NCBI GenBank assembly: GCA_964276515.1 | Contig: OZ193910.1 | Location: 4,092,001-4,156,000 of the forward strand | Direction: 5' to 3' | DNA length: 64,000 nucleotides | Source of the DNA: Gordius albopunctatus | Lineage: Eukaryota | Shown: in pieces, positions 24,146-36,705 of the stretch | How positions within the stretch are numbered: the first letter of the stretch is position 1 | Layout of the letters: each line of letters starts with the position of its first letter | The notes under the pieces: generated by a model | Told to the model about the DNA's origin: nothing | The model's input: only the letters and a program-made list of their open reading frames with translations | The model's database searches: none | Translations under genes and position numbers: made by a program

Positions 24146-24730
24146 GACAAAGTGGTGCTGATTTCCATTAATTAGCGGATTTCGAGCATTTAATGACACC
24201 CGTTTGTAGCCATTCGTTATTTTTTTACATGATCTAGGTCACAACTGGTAGGTGTCTTACGATACAATTTTTTAATACTCATTAGACAGCACTTTTTAGG
24301 TATTTATGCCCCACAAAGAATCTTCTCTAATCCACTGAAATGCTTGCAACTTCAGGAAGATTTTTAAGTATATAATCAGAATGTAGTATTGATAAACTAT
24401 ATATAAATATAATACATGTTTTACTTCTAAGTGCATTTTATTGTTAAACGCGTGGAATTTTATTCATTTACAATTATTGAGCTTGCTTAAGACTATCTAA
24501 TAATTTCTAAGGTGAAAAATAATAATCATAAGAATTACAATATTAGAAATTAGTAAATTAATTGCAGGTTAATTATATAATTTAGAAGATAATAACAACC
24601 CCTTGTTTAGATATTTTTGTTATAAACAATCATATCTTTGCGTAAGTCAGCGATGATTATGACGAATTGATAGCAACCCATATTTTATTGCTGAGGCAAA
24701 CTTACAGACTTATTCATACATTGGTAAAAA

Positions 24731-27700
24731 ATGACTTCGCCCCCAGATTTAATACAAAATCTTCAAGAATGGTTAAATTCCAATCGATCTAGCGAAAAAT
24801 TGTCATTAGAAAGCACACACAAATTAATGTTAGCCTAAATATGTATTGTGATAATTGTTAATAGGAAGGATGATAGCCAAATTAAGGTTTATTATATTGG
24901 GGATTGTGACGAACGGAATTATTTTCACATGCAAGAAGCCGAAGAACTATATTATGTTTTTAAGGGCGAGCTTATATTGAGATGTTTAGATTGTACAGGT
25001 GTGAGTAAAGATATTCATATAATGGAAGGCGAGGTTAAATTATAAATGTGTTCTTTCTAAATTAATGATAATAAAATGTTATTTTTCTTTTTCAATATAT
25101 ATTTAAAGATTAAATTTTGAATTTAGGTTTTTCTTTTGCCATCCCGTATATTGCACTGTGTTCGCAAATGTGAGAATTTGTCAGCTATAATGTTTGAAAG
25201 GGAAAGATTGCCAAATGAAATGGATAATCTCAGGTTATCTAGGATATATAATATTTTTAATTATAAGAATATTTTAACCTTAAATATTTGTGAAATAAAC
25301 ATTTGTAACATCTTTACATATAGTTGGTTTGTAGTTGATAACAAAGAAAGGCCTAGCACATCCAATGATAATCTCTTAGCTACTACTAATTATGGGGATA
25401 ATGTTCATAATACAACCCTACCTGGTCACATCCCTGGGATTCAATTGTCACCACCACATTCATTTAGACCTGCAATTGAATCTGTTTATGATGATGATTC
25501 AGATATACAACGATTTTCTGTTACAGGTATTTGTTTTATTCAACTTTTAAATTAATTTGTTGATACATAGTTAATTAGAGCTCTATATTTAATATAAATA
25601 AAAAATATGTGATCCATGCTTTTAAAACTAATGATAATTAACTTTTTTTCATGTGCGTAATAACTTATTAGTCTTGAATTTTTGCAATTAATCTAATTTT
25701 TGTATAAATTCAAATTGACTCCTTGCATTGTTTAGTCAATATATTTCTTATATTTTATCAACAAAATTAGAGATAACAAACAAGAACGATTATAAATTAA
25801 TAAAATACTGTCATATCTTGATCAAGATATTCATAACCCTCCAAAGACATAACTTCTAAATTTATTGATTCCAATTTAAATGTTTATCTTTTGTTTTTAA
25901 AAAAGCTTGGCTAAAAACTTTCAAAAAAGTATTGTCAATTTTAAAATGTAGGGATTCCTTGCTTAGCTAACTTAGAGTTTTAAATTTTTTACGAGCCTAT
26001 AATTTTTATGTTTTTCTTAAAGCCCTAAAACCTTTTGTTTTTGCTCTCAACAATGAGCAATTTATAGTGATATTTTAGGATTGCGATTTTGTCATTCCCC
26101 AACATTTTATTCATTAAAAGCACCATGATTTATGAAGTTTATATCATACAGGTGATCCCTTTGTCCCTCTTACTGCTATCAAAAAGAGGTCTCCCTCCGT
26201 TATAAGTAATGCCGAAAATTATCATTGCACCGCCGGGCCCAGGATGAAGCTGTTGAAAGAAACTTGGTTCCATTGCTATAACGTTTATACGGACATCCCC
26301 CACGCCTTGGAAGCTCTTAAAGGGCGTATCGTTTCGGGAAGCAACGAGTAAATTAGGGTTTTGTGGGGTCTGTGAGACCCCTAGTAGTTTTATCATTTGG
26401 GGACATTTTTATAATTATCGGGATAGTGTTTTCGATTAACGAAATTAAGATAGCAAAAAAGTTGATGTGCAGAGATCATTTTGAATAAAATCTATGAAAA
26501 GTTTGGAATTTTATGGAACCTTTAACCATTGAAATCAATATTTCTAACCTCACCTGCGGAGTGTTAATAGTGGCGAAAATTCGGAAAAAATAAATGATAG
26601 GAAACGATTACACAAATAACATAGTATAATTTCTTTTTTGATAAAATAAATTTTACAAACCTTAAAATGACTTGGCATAACCTAGCAAGACGCCTTGTAT
26701 CTCATGTCACGAATAGTTGTCAGGCGAAATTAAACGCGCGCTTCGAGGGAAATTAATTAAATAGCAATTAGTAACTAATTATAAATTATGTCTCCATTCG
26801 TCTGGAAATCCTGTTTTTATGGTAAACACTGAGCAAAGATTTTGTTAGCCATTTTTTCGGTTTTTTTATCGCTGGACATCATTCCTCAATTCACATGTAT
26901 CATAAATTGACTTTTGGTCATTTTAAACTGCTACTCGTAGATTTCCGCATCGCTTTCTATAATCCAATTTTTTACGCAATTTTAACGAAATATTTTTCGC
27001 GCAATTCAAATGATCCATTTTCACAATTTTAACCACTAACTCTAGGTCCGAATCGAATAACAAAGGTCGAAACACACCGACCGAGGCGGATCATAGCGCT
27101 ATCGGTAATTTTTTTTTGCTAAAACGTTTGAAAAACAGTTATCGGTTTGTGTTAAAAATTTAGGCGGAAGTAGTATGTTGGTTTATTATTTAAATCATAG
27201 CCTCCTGGGCGTAGCCAGGTTTTGGATTGGGGGGGGGCAATTCAAAACTAAAGAAAATATGACTTTAAGGGTGTCCGGTCCAGTGCCCCTCCATGTCTTA
27301 TCGCTTTTGATACGATGCTAATGGATAGTAATTATAATGGCGAAAGTTTTGCTAATAAAACCACTTTTGGTAAATAAATTAATTTAGACGTTATGTTTCC
27401 TAAAAGTAATTAAAACTAAAAGAGCATTTCAACTTTAATTAGTCTTATGATCCATTTTCGCCAACAATGTTTTGTAAAGACGAACTGATTGAAAAATTAT
27501 AGTAGCCAGTTTAGTTGAATATCATGATCGGTGATGGGTAATTTATTTAAAGAAGTGCAAAAAGTGAAAAATAATATGGGTGAAATATAAGATTAAAGGA
27601 TTTTAATAATCGATAATTTGTAGAGAAATTAGCTACGTTTCCGCCTAAATTTAACTTGTCAAATCCCAAAATAAATGCGTTAATTTTGGCTGCTATCATG

Positions 27701-29554
27701 CGTTAAAGGAATTATATTTTGTTGGAACGTTCCTCAAGACTTGCTAAACTTTCAGTAATGTTCTTACGGTGTGTGAGCTATGCCAATTTAAAAAACTAGC
27801 CCAAATCTGACTATTTTTATTTACTATTCTAAAAATACCTTTTACCCTAAATTATGCATCTTTTGAAAACAAAATATATAAATTTATCCAATGAAGCTAG
27901 AGAAAAAAGGGCTTAATAAATCTTTTGATCTAAAAGACTGAACGCTTAATTTATTTATAGGATGTAACTTATTGTCGTTTATTCACTTTTTCAAGGCCCA
28001 ACTACCCTATCTTACAAGCCGTCGCACGACCTGGAGGACGATATACACCCGCCCATAGCTTTGGACCTTTGGATTGAAAGGCACAGACCCGAAATTCATT
28101 CCAAGGGCTGCGTTAGCTTGTTTGACGAAGACGATTATCAAGTTAAAGTGAGAGCCCTTTTGTGTTTAGCTCTTGTCCATTCCCATTTCCCTGCACATCA
28201 TTAAATTTTAAGCTAGGATTTGCGACAATTCAGCCATTTACCGTGATAATTTTTATATGGAAAAATACATGAAACCCAACGCCTAGTTAAAATAATTTAG
28301 TTGCGCTTTCTATTTCCAACGCCTTATTATAGCTATAAAATTATTATTAAGGCAAGGCATCGCATTGTAAAGTCCAAAGATTGGCTCCTACTTTTGCCCT
28401 TGGTAGATTGAAACGAATAATTTTGGCAGATTAAAATATTTTTGCCGCGTAAAAGAACTCATTTATTGCTATACAATTTATGGGCTCACTTTTGGTTGTG
28501 CTGTCCAACTTGTAATTTTTGCATAATTGCCGTGAAAACTCATCTTATGCATTTTGGTTTCGCAAATAGACTAATATCTAATGACCGCTGGTTGGCTTTA
28601 ATTTTTTGAGCCCGCCCCAGGCAAATATCCATTTTTGTTTATTGGGCCCACTACATATTATTTTAACACCCGCCTCAGGTTATGGTTTACGGGTCGGGCG
28701 AGCATATCGGTCGCAATAACGTGGCCGACATATTTGTGTGGCAATACGCGGGCAGCTGTACCTTTAGCCTTAACAACGACGATGACGACAAATCTTACCA
28801 ACTCAGCCCCAACGACGTCGCTATAGTGCCGCGCGGAACTAGGTTGTTAGCCTAAACTCCAAGGCTTATCGTGTAGTCTTTGGGTCAAAAATGCGTGTGC
28901 TTATCACTTATTTATTTTAACAATGTAATGAGTGGTTCGATAGAGATTTTTAGAAATTAAGTAATTCTTTTATTTGTCAAGCTATTTATAACGTTGTAAA
29001 AAGGTTTTGCTTTCCCACCTTTGCTTCAACTAAGACTAACGGTCGACTTAACAAAACTCTGCTTAGTCTAGAAATCGACTAAAAAGGCAACAAAATCCTT
29101 TGGTATGAGTTAATTGCTATGATTTTCTTTTTAAATCGCAATCTATATTTAGTTATTATAATTTTTCATTTCAAATGATTTATTAGCAATCACTTGCGTT
29201 AATGATGCTCTTTAATTTACGAAATTCGACACTAATTTATGTTTGTCGTTTAGTGCAGGGGTTTTCAACATTATTCCAAGTGTATATATGCGAGCTATAG
29301 TTTTGAACTTGTTATTAGGTAAAATTATTAAGCAATTTTGAAGATGAGCATCGCTTTCGTTTTGACCAGGGGTGTGCTGTTTTGATTTCCTTGTAACAAA
29401 AAGTCTCTACAATTTACAAAATTATTGTTAAGGCGACTTATCTGCTTACTTTTAATTGATTTGTAAAACTAATTTATTTAGCTACACGGCAGTGAATCAA
29501 CCCGACGCGCTCACCTTGCACATAGTCATAGATCCGCGCAAAAAATCATCCTAA
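24731..29554 (+). CDS. HAAO: 3-hydroxyanthranilate 3,4-dioxygenase (kynurenine pathway), 9 exons
   Basis: Exons 24731-24828, 24865-25033, 25127-25233, 25324-25526, 26152-26347, 27046-27104, 27996-28147, 28679-28842 and 29482-29554 all join in phase. Motifs RNYFHMQEAEELYY, GEVFLLPSRILH, FERERLPNEMDNL, ETWFHC, LDLWIERHR, DIFVWQYAG and DPRKK are collinear with animal bicupin HAAO. The Fe ligands H/E/H are retained. Confidence 0.9.
27204..27245. mobile_element. Left end of a hAT MITE (partial)
   Basis: CCTGGGCGTAGCCAGG followed by a G-run, as in the other family copies. Confidence 0.45.
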
Positions 29555-30406
29555 ACAACCAATCTAACGCTCTCGACCTTCTGGAGCTGCTAAAAATCTG
29601 AACCTTTTATTTATCTTGACATAAACCCCCTAATTACTCCAATGTGTGCCAAATTAACCCTCTTATAACCTAGCCTAAAACGGAAGAAATCAAATTTATC
29701 GTGCATGAGGCTAGAATAAAATGGGATTTATGAAAGGCTCTAAGCGTTCGTGCTTTGAATGTCATTTTACAGTATTTATCAGCGCAGCCGACGACACAAA
29801 TTCGCAAAGCTCTCCCTTCGTACTTTTACACTCTTTCTTATTGTGTCAACCTCGCGCTGTCATACACCTTGTAAATGTTGTTTTTAACGACTTGCTTACG
29901 TGTTGGATTTCACCCCTTAAATTGCAATTTAACAAATGTTTTTACCACTAAGACTTATTTTAATGCCACGATGATGACTTGACGACACTCTTTTCTTTTT
30001 ATTCCTGCCTTTATTGTGCGTTACCTACCATGATAATTTTGATCGATTTGTAACCTGCATTTAATATTAACCAAGTTGATTGGTCAATAATTATTGTTTA
30101 AAAAATGGTTATTTTCAATTTAGTTTTAGAAATTATATTTCCTCCATATATTAGGGTAAGTTTCATTACAAAACAAACCTTCCTCTACGCACCAAATTTG
30201 TATTAAAAGTAAAAAAAATTCAGTTTTTGTGGTGACTTAGGTGGTAAAATTCTTTATCGTATGACAATTTTAGAATTTATTCATGCTTTTAGGGTGTAAA
30301 TTAAATGGTCTAAACATATACCTTAGAATTTTTGATATTTTATTTAATAAATGATAACTTTTTTGTACGTATGACTTGTGCTGACAAAGCAAAATAATTT
30401 TCTCAA

Positions 30407-31552
30407 CTAAGTTTTAGCCAATACCCAAATAGCGGTATTTAATTGTGTTCCGTGGTCACAATTTTCGGCCCCCACCAGCGTACAAATGTCGTAAAAGTTA
30501 AGAATCTTCCAATTTGCCGTTAAATGGGCTAGCCTCTTGGGTCCATATATGCGTTTTGTGTTCCAAATTAAGGATGACCCGCTAGGGTTAAATGGAACGC
30601 TCAAGAATAACACTCCGTGAGCGTCTAGCAAGCACCACAGTTGAGCCATAGCTCTTAAATCTGCCATGGGGTCTAGTGGCTCTCCGCTGCTACCCAAACC
30701 CATACTCTCTATAGTTCCGTAAGCTACAGCAAAATCGAATGGTTCTAGCTCACCCTTACCCCATATCTCATACAATTGTGACAGGGTGGCAGTTTTAACT
30801 TTGTCGTCTCGAGATTCGAGGGATCTGTAACCTACTAACCGCATCGATCGCGCATCATTTATAAAGGCCATGACGGTAGCCCAAGGATTAAGGATTCCAC
30901 CCCAATCCAAACCCATTTTACCAGCTACGCGACTGTTATAATCGGTGAGGGCGCTTTGGAATAAATTTTCGGCCATCTCACCGAAAGGACCTATGATGCC
31001 CGTCCTCGCTTTTTCTCCTATCTTCTCCGCGATAAATGATGCGGGGACGGGGAGCGGAGATGAATTGCCAACTAAGCGTTGAGCTTCGTATTCATATTCC
31101 ACTAATGGCATAGCTCCGTTCATGGTGTAATCGGACCATAGCGCGTCTGGGGGTTGTTGGGGTGGGGGCCATTCATACCCCGTGCTGCCATTAATTTCTG
31201 CCAATTTACCCATTAGAGTTTTGCAATCGAATGGTTTCTCAAGATAATCGTGATATTTCGTTGGTTTGCCTGTTATTGATAAATCGCATATGGTCCCACA
31301 TGTGGGATCGATTTTTGAAGATTTTTCAGGAATAATCTCTGTTGGAAGGTTTGAAGTAGTTTGTATTGTCGAGGCTTCAAATTCTGGTTCATTCAGATTA
31401 TAAATATCCCTAAAACAATCGGAATTTTGGCTCAAATTTTGTGAATAATTCCCTAACAATCTTTTTGTCGAATTTTGGGATATATAATATAGCCCGATGC
31501 ATGTAGTTAGGATAAAGAGATAAAACTTAACTTGTTGTGGACGTTGTCGCAT
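30407..31552 (-). CDS. DUF268-family protein with N-terminal signal anchor (putative Golgi SAM-dependent methyltransferase-like), intronless
   Basis: Long ORF with an N-terminal hydrophobic anchor (FYLFILTTCIGLYYI). C-terminal motifs FDFAVAYGTIESMGLG..GEPLDPMADLRAM...CLL...GVLFLSVP...NTKRIYGPKRL match DUF268. The first in-frame ATG is at 31552. Confidence 0.8.
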   Translation of the reverse strand: MRQRPQQVKFYLFILTTCIGLYYISQNSTKRLLGNYSQNLSQNSDCFRDIYNLNEPEFEASTIQTTSNLPTEIIPEKSSKIDPTCGTICDLSITGKPTKYHDYLEKPFDCKTLMGKLAEINGSTGYEWPPPQQPPDALWSDYTMNGAMPLVEYEYEAQRLVGNSSPLPVPASFIAEKIGEKARTGIIGPFGEMAENLFQSALTDYNSRVAGKMGLDWGGILNPWATVMAFINDARSMRLVGYRSLESRDDKVKTATLSQLYEIWGKGELEPFDFAVAYGTIESMGLGSSGEPLDPMADLRAMAQLWCLLDAHGVLFLSVPFNPSGSSLIWNTKRIYGPKRLAHLTANWKILNFYDICTLVGAENCDHGTQLNTAIWVLAKT

Positions 31553-31648
31553 TTGATATCTCACTCATGGTTAGCGCTGACCTCAGGAAATTCGCGTTGT
31601 CGAAGCTGGGCAGCTTAGTTAACAAAGACATGGGTATTGTTATACAAA

Positions 31649-31811
31649 TATTGGTGTAGCCAGCATTGGGATTAGAGGGGGCAATTATGATTTAGGGAAG
31701 GGCAAAATGATAATTTTTTAAATTTTAACCATTTAATAAATTTCAAAAAAAAATTTGGATTTAAAGGGGGTCACCCACATCTCCCTGCCCCCACCATTGT
31801 CTTCGCCCATG
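31649..31811. mobile_element. hAT MITE (CATGGGCGTAG family), degenerate
   Basis: TATTGGTGTAGCCAG...CTTCGCCCATG ends. The interior resembles the copies at 7347 and 36269. Confidence 0.6.
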
Positions 31812-33052
31812 TAATATAAATATTTGATTTTGCGTTTGCTTTAAATGCTTATGTTATTATTAAACATGGAAATATTTATAAATTATTCCATTGGCACTCA
31901 TTTAATCTTCTAAACTTGAGATTAAGATATAGGTCAATTAAAATTAGGATTGGAAATATTATTTATCAGTTTTAATTTGTAATGCCCCTTATGTATTTAG
32001 CCTAGATAAAATAAATCTTCTCTATAGTAATAATACTGATTTGATTTAGTATGAATGTTTTTTCAGAATTCTTAAAAATGCAATTCACATGAACCTTATT
32101 AATCTTTTAACGTCCAAATGTTCAAATACGCTTTTAAATTGAATCAAGCCACATTTTATTATTGTGCGCCTGTCGCCCTAGTTTATCTTTTGCACAATAA
32201 AAACAGTTGATGCCTTAAACCAGAGCCCTGAGCCGATCAGAATTCGGCATTTTACTTTTAAAATTTTGGGCCGCGTCCGGGTTGTTAAAGTTTAGAGTAG
32301 GTTCGGCCGGATTTGGCTTGGTAAAATTAAACTGCTGGACTATGTTTGGTAAGTAAAAATTAGGTTATAAATTTTTTTTGAATTTGAACTTAAACATATC
32401 GTCAAAACTTGTGACCTTCCCTAAGGCATTTTCATTTACAGAATAAAGAATTTAATTATATTCTTTACGAGAGGTAGTTTTCTTTATTGTTAAATTTGAA
32501 ACAAAGGTAGTTGTAGATGCTAAATAACACGAAATAAATAAATGTCAAAATTGTTAAAAAATATATTCTAACTTTTTTAATAGAATTCGAGATTTTGTAC
32601 AAAAAATAGTAACATTATTTGAAAATTTACGTTTAAAAAATTCGGCCTAATTTTATTTAAATTTAAGGGATAGTTGGGAATTAAGCAGACTGCCATTTTT
32701 AAGTCCTAGTCTGACCCGAGAGCTGGGCCGCCCATGTAGGTCTATATCATACGACTTCACGTTATTATTCATTTATATCAGAACAAAAAACTGCTTAATT
32801 TTTTTTAATTTTTTGTTTGTACTTCGTTTAGTAACTTTAATTTCCCAATTATTTGATTAATTTTTATTTAAAATGTCGTTTTCATAGGATTTAAAAGTTT
32901 TAAAAAAAAGATTGATTAACGTTTAAAACCATGACTAATAATAATAGCCACTATTTATTAATCTCAAAAGCGACGAGAGAAAACAAAATTTTTGATTAAA
33001 CATTAATTTATAAATATAATTGGTGTAGGATTATAAAAATCATTATCCTTCC

Positions 33053-33490
33053 TCATTTTTCACAAACTTTCTCCAACACCTTTTGGTATTGGACGTCGTT
33101 CATTGAATTGCCCTGAATTTCTACCAAAACTCCTTGCAGCGATTTTTTCAGGGCTTCTTTGCTCGAAGTGTAAAGCATTTTTTTCTTGGTATCAGAAGTG
33201 TCCGGGCACCATATGTAAAAAATCAATTTGTGACTTGGTTGATTCGTTTTAGGGCTAACGAAATCAAAATCGACCAAAGCGTAACAGCAATCTTTGTGTT
33301 GTTGCACTTCGTTGAGTGCATGTATAAATTCTTCATATTTAGCATGGGCTCCCCCCTTCTGTTTAACCACTATTTTAGCGTTATCGGGCGACATACCGTA
33401 TATGATAAATTTGTGATTACTCTTCATTTTCATCTCTTCAAAAACTGTCAAGCACTCCGCATCCAAGGTGACCCCTGACATTCCGCTCAT
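33053..33490 (-). CDS. Actin-depolymerizing factor / cofilin
   Basis: 145-aa ORF with SGV N-terminus, CYALVDFDF, KLIFYIWCPD and KKMLYTSSKEALKKSL, all classic ADF-H motifs. Confidence 0.95.
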   Translation of the reverse strand: MSGMSGVTLDAECLTVFEEMKMKSNHKFIIYGMSPDNAKIVVKQKGGAHAKYEEFIHALNEVQQHKDCCYALVDFDFVSPKTNQPSHKLIFYIWCPDTSDTKKKMLYTSSKEALKKSLQGVLVEIQGNSMNDVQYQKVLEKVCEK

Positions 33491-34338
33491 TTTGCTGTGG
33501 CGGTTTTAAGGAACTTTATTGAATTAATGTGTTTAAAGAGGAAAAAGATTGCGTATTTGAAGGGCTATGAGTTATTTTTTTGCTTCGAAAAAAATTAGAT
33601 TATACGTTTCAACAATGAGCAGCAATTACGGGTGCTACGTGAATTGATGATATACGCTTTCGTCGAACGCGTCATAACGTTGATTTAGGTTTACATATAA
33701 ATTTTATATGAAATTTTTGATTAAATAAAGTGAAAATATTTATAAAACATAGATAAAAGTGGTTAACATGGCAATGGACTTTTGGCTTAAAACAATTTTA
33801 GTCAAAGTTTACTCTCTTAAGGTCTCGAGGGTTTGCCTTGAGTAGAGAACTTTTACATTATATATTATATAAATTAGCTAATAGCTGAAAAATGAAAATA
33901 AATAGTCGCATTTCTGCATACTGAAGTATCTATGATAGTTATAAATTTATTTTTTGGAGTTTTTAAGGGGATTTTTAAATAAACAAAATCTCATCTTTTT
34001 CGCAACAGAAGATCGCGGAGAAAAATTATAATTATGACCATGTATATAAAGCGTAAGTTGTTTGAACTTTGTCCTGAAACAATAATTTCTGCCCTATTTA
34101 AAAGTTTTAAAATGATTAAGTTTGGTAAAAAAGAAGATGACAAACTTATTGTCCAGCACTTTTACCACTCTTAAATCTTATTGGGCCAATAGGAGAAATA
34201 TAGTTATACAGTACTCTTTATTTTACTGTAAACTTAGTCTGGTAAATTTAATTTTAATTATAAATTTTATTAATTCTAGAATAACTATTTTTTGTAGTGA
34301 CTTTATATTTCTTTCGTAAAGTGATCTAATCGTATTAT

Positions 34339-35666
34339 ATGGATTTGTATAATATTAGATATTTACCCTTGTTATGGCTACTTCCTAGCACTATACTAGC
34401 AATTTCAATTATTCTCAACCTAAGTAATTCGAATTGTTTTTTTGTTTTCTCTAATTCATACATGGAAAAAGTTATTAAATCAGCATCCCTTGTTGTAAAA
34501 CGACTAGGTTTTGTTTAGTTGACCTTTGGCTTTTACTAATATATGGCATCAAGACATATGGCCGATAGCAAAAATTTCAATAAAATCAGTCAGAGTTCGA
34601 TTTTTAATATTTTTCAAAATAAATTAATTTAAATCAATCACTCTTAAAGTTTCACAAATTCATGTTATAATGTGCTTTAACAATTTGTTAAAAAGATGTA
34701 GTTTGTTTTTCGAAATTAAATTAAAAAAACTAAGTTGCAATCCTATCGGATGAATGGTGGATTGGAAAGGATATTAAATTCGGTCTGACCAAAGTCTGCC
34801 ATAAAAAGCATTGTGTTCAAATGCTAGACGAAGAAATGCAAGAGCCTTTCTATTACCTAAACGAAGATCACGACAATTTAGCTACTGAACTTACCCATGA
34901 TTCCATCCTAATGCCAAGTATTAAAGTCTGTTTTATTTATTTATTTATTTAAAATCAAAACAGGTTTTTTCAAAACGACTTTGGCATGCACCACTTTTGC
35001 CCTAGCCTTGGAAATATTATCCCTTTTTATGACGATAACGCATCTCTACGTAGATCGCATTTACACTATAACCGGTGTGATTAACGCGACCATACTCCTA
35101 GCTAGTAAGTGTGTAATATGATGTGGCTGCTATATGATGGTTCATCTATTTTAATTTAATTGCCTTAAGATTCATAAATATTAGTAACCTTTTTTGAATT
35201 ATTAATAGTCCAGCAGACCAAATGCAAAATTAGGTCTAAATAGTTTAAAGAACACCATTAAACTAAAAATTAATGTAATCATAATAGATGTTTCGCTCGC
35301 TTTAATGAATTATTAATAATGATTTTTAAGTTATTGTTAGATTGGGAGGCCTGTTTGCCATAGAAGTTGGTACGGCTATACATCCAGATCATTTCGTAAA
35401 GCATTACGACTATACCCTAATCTTTCAAGTAAATGTCATGTCACCTTTTTACACATTTTACATAATTGAGATTTATCAATATTTTAAAATTAAAAATACT
35501 TTAAAAGGCTTATGGAAGCGCTTACTGGACCGCCTTAATTGCAAACGCCTTGTCGTTTCTTTCGTATTTGTCTTTTGATTTTGTCGCCAATTTCATTAGC
35601 CGAAAGCATGACAGTACGCATTTGATTAAATTTAAATTGGGCACTGATTTGTTATTGCAAGATTGA
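34339..35666 (+). CDS. Claudin/PMP22/clarin-superfamily tetraspan membrane protein, 5 exons
   Basis: Exons 34339-34423, 34735-34917, 34964-35104, 35331-35428 and 35508-35666 join in phase. TM1 is followed by SDEWW...FGLTKVCHKKHC (W-GLxxxC-C signature), and TM4 is preceded by AYGSAYW. Confidence 0.8.
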
Positions 35667-36268
35667 GGATTAGTATCTATAACATAAATTCTTTTGAAGT
35701 ATTATCGATTTATATTTTTTATTGTAAATCAATGTTAATATCATTAAGAAACATTTTTAATTATTGGAAGGAGCCTATAGACCTCGATTTTCATATGCTC
35801 ATTTATTAACCTTTTAAATATTGTTAACTAGGCTGCTACTGTATGCGTAGCCATTTAACGGAGCTCCAAATATTTATAATTACAAAGACTAAGATTTGGC
35901 ACTTATATGTTGCCTGTTAGTTCTATGGATTAAATTTCCTTAGACGTTTTTGAGATTATAATTTTCCAATTATTTGATCATAACAGTGAGTAGATTGATG
36001 TGAACCCGATGAGATTGTTGAAAATAAATCATCAACATATTAATTATTATGAATTAGAATAATGGTAGGTACAAAGTTTCCTCAGTGTATTTCAGGGAAA
36101 TCGCCTAAAAGTAATAACTTCAAATAATTGTTTCAACATAAAATAGATACACCCAAAGCACTACTTATTTGACTTGATCCGAGCTGAACCTAAGGCCAAA
36201 TATTTTATTAAAATTGGATTCAGCCTGACCAGAGATAGAAAATTTCATTTTTTGCCCTTGCCCAAAGC

Positions 36269-36388
36269 CATGGGCGTAACCAGAATTAAAATTAGGGGGG
36301 GGTAATAATGATTTAGGGAGGGGCAAAAGGATCATTTTCCGAAAATTTCCTCCATAAATTTAATAAATTTCAACAAATTTTTGGATTA
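36269..36388. mobile_element. hAT MITE, 3'-truncated
   Basis: CATGGGCGTAACCAGAATTAAAATTAGGGGGGG start, matching the reverse complement of the 7347-7503 copy. Confidence 0.65.
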
Positions 36389-36705
36389 GCAATAATTTTT
36401 ACTTTTAATAAACTAGATGACGATAAAGCAATTTATTACGATATTATCCGCTATTTGAAAGGCAACGTAGAAAGGGACACCAGTAATATGGATAAATTGG
36501 AAATTCTTAAATTAACCGAACAAGATAATTTATAAACCATCATTATACACTTCTTATTTTAACTATTTTGACGTTGTATTAATAAATAATTTGTAATAAA
36601 AATATTTTTCTCGCTTTTACATAATATTATAAACCAAAATATCTAAATTTCGCGATTATATTTTTTGGGGAGGCGTAGGCGTGAAGTCCCATGATTTTTG
36701 AGTAC

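Noticed and set aside
26139..26396. 85-aa minus-strand ORF as a nested gene
   Set aside because: It is the antisense shadow of HAAO exon 26152-26347.
33134..33478. Plus-strand 114-aa ORF and other short antisense ORFs (2072, 2706, 7868, 11630, 14663)
   Set aside because: Antisense shadows of cofilin or TE coding sequence with no recognisable motifs.
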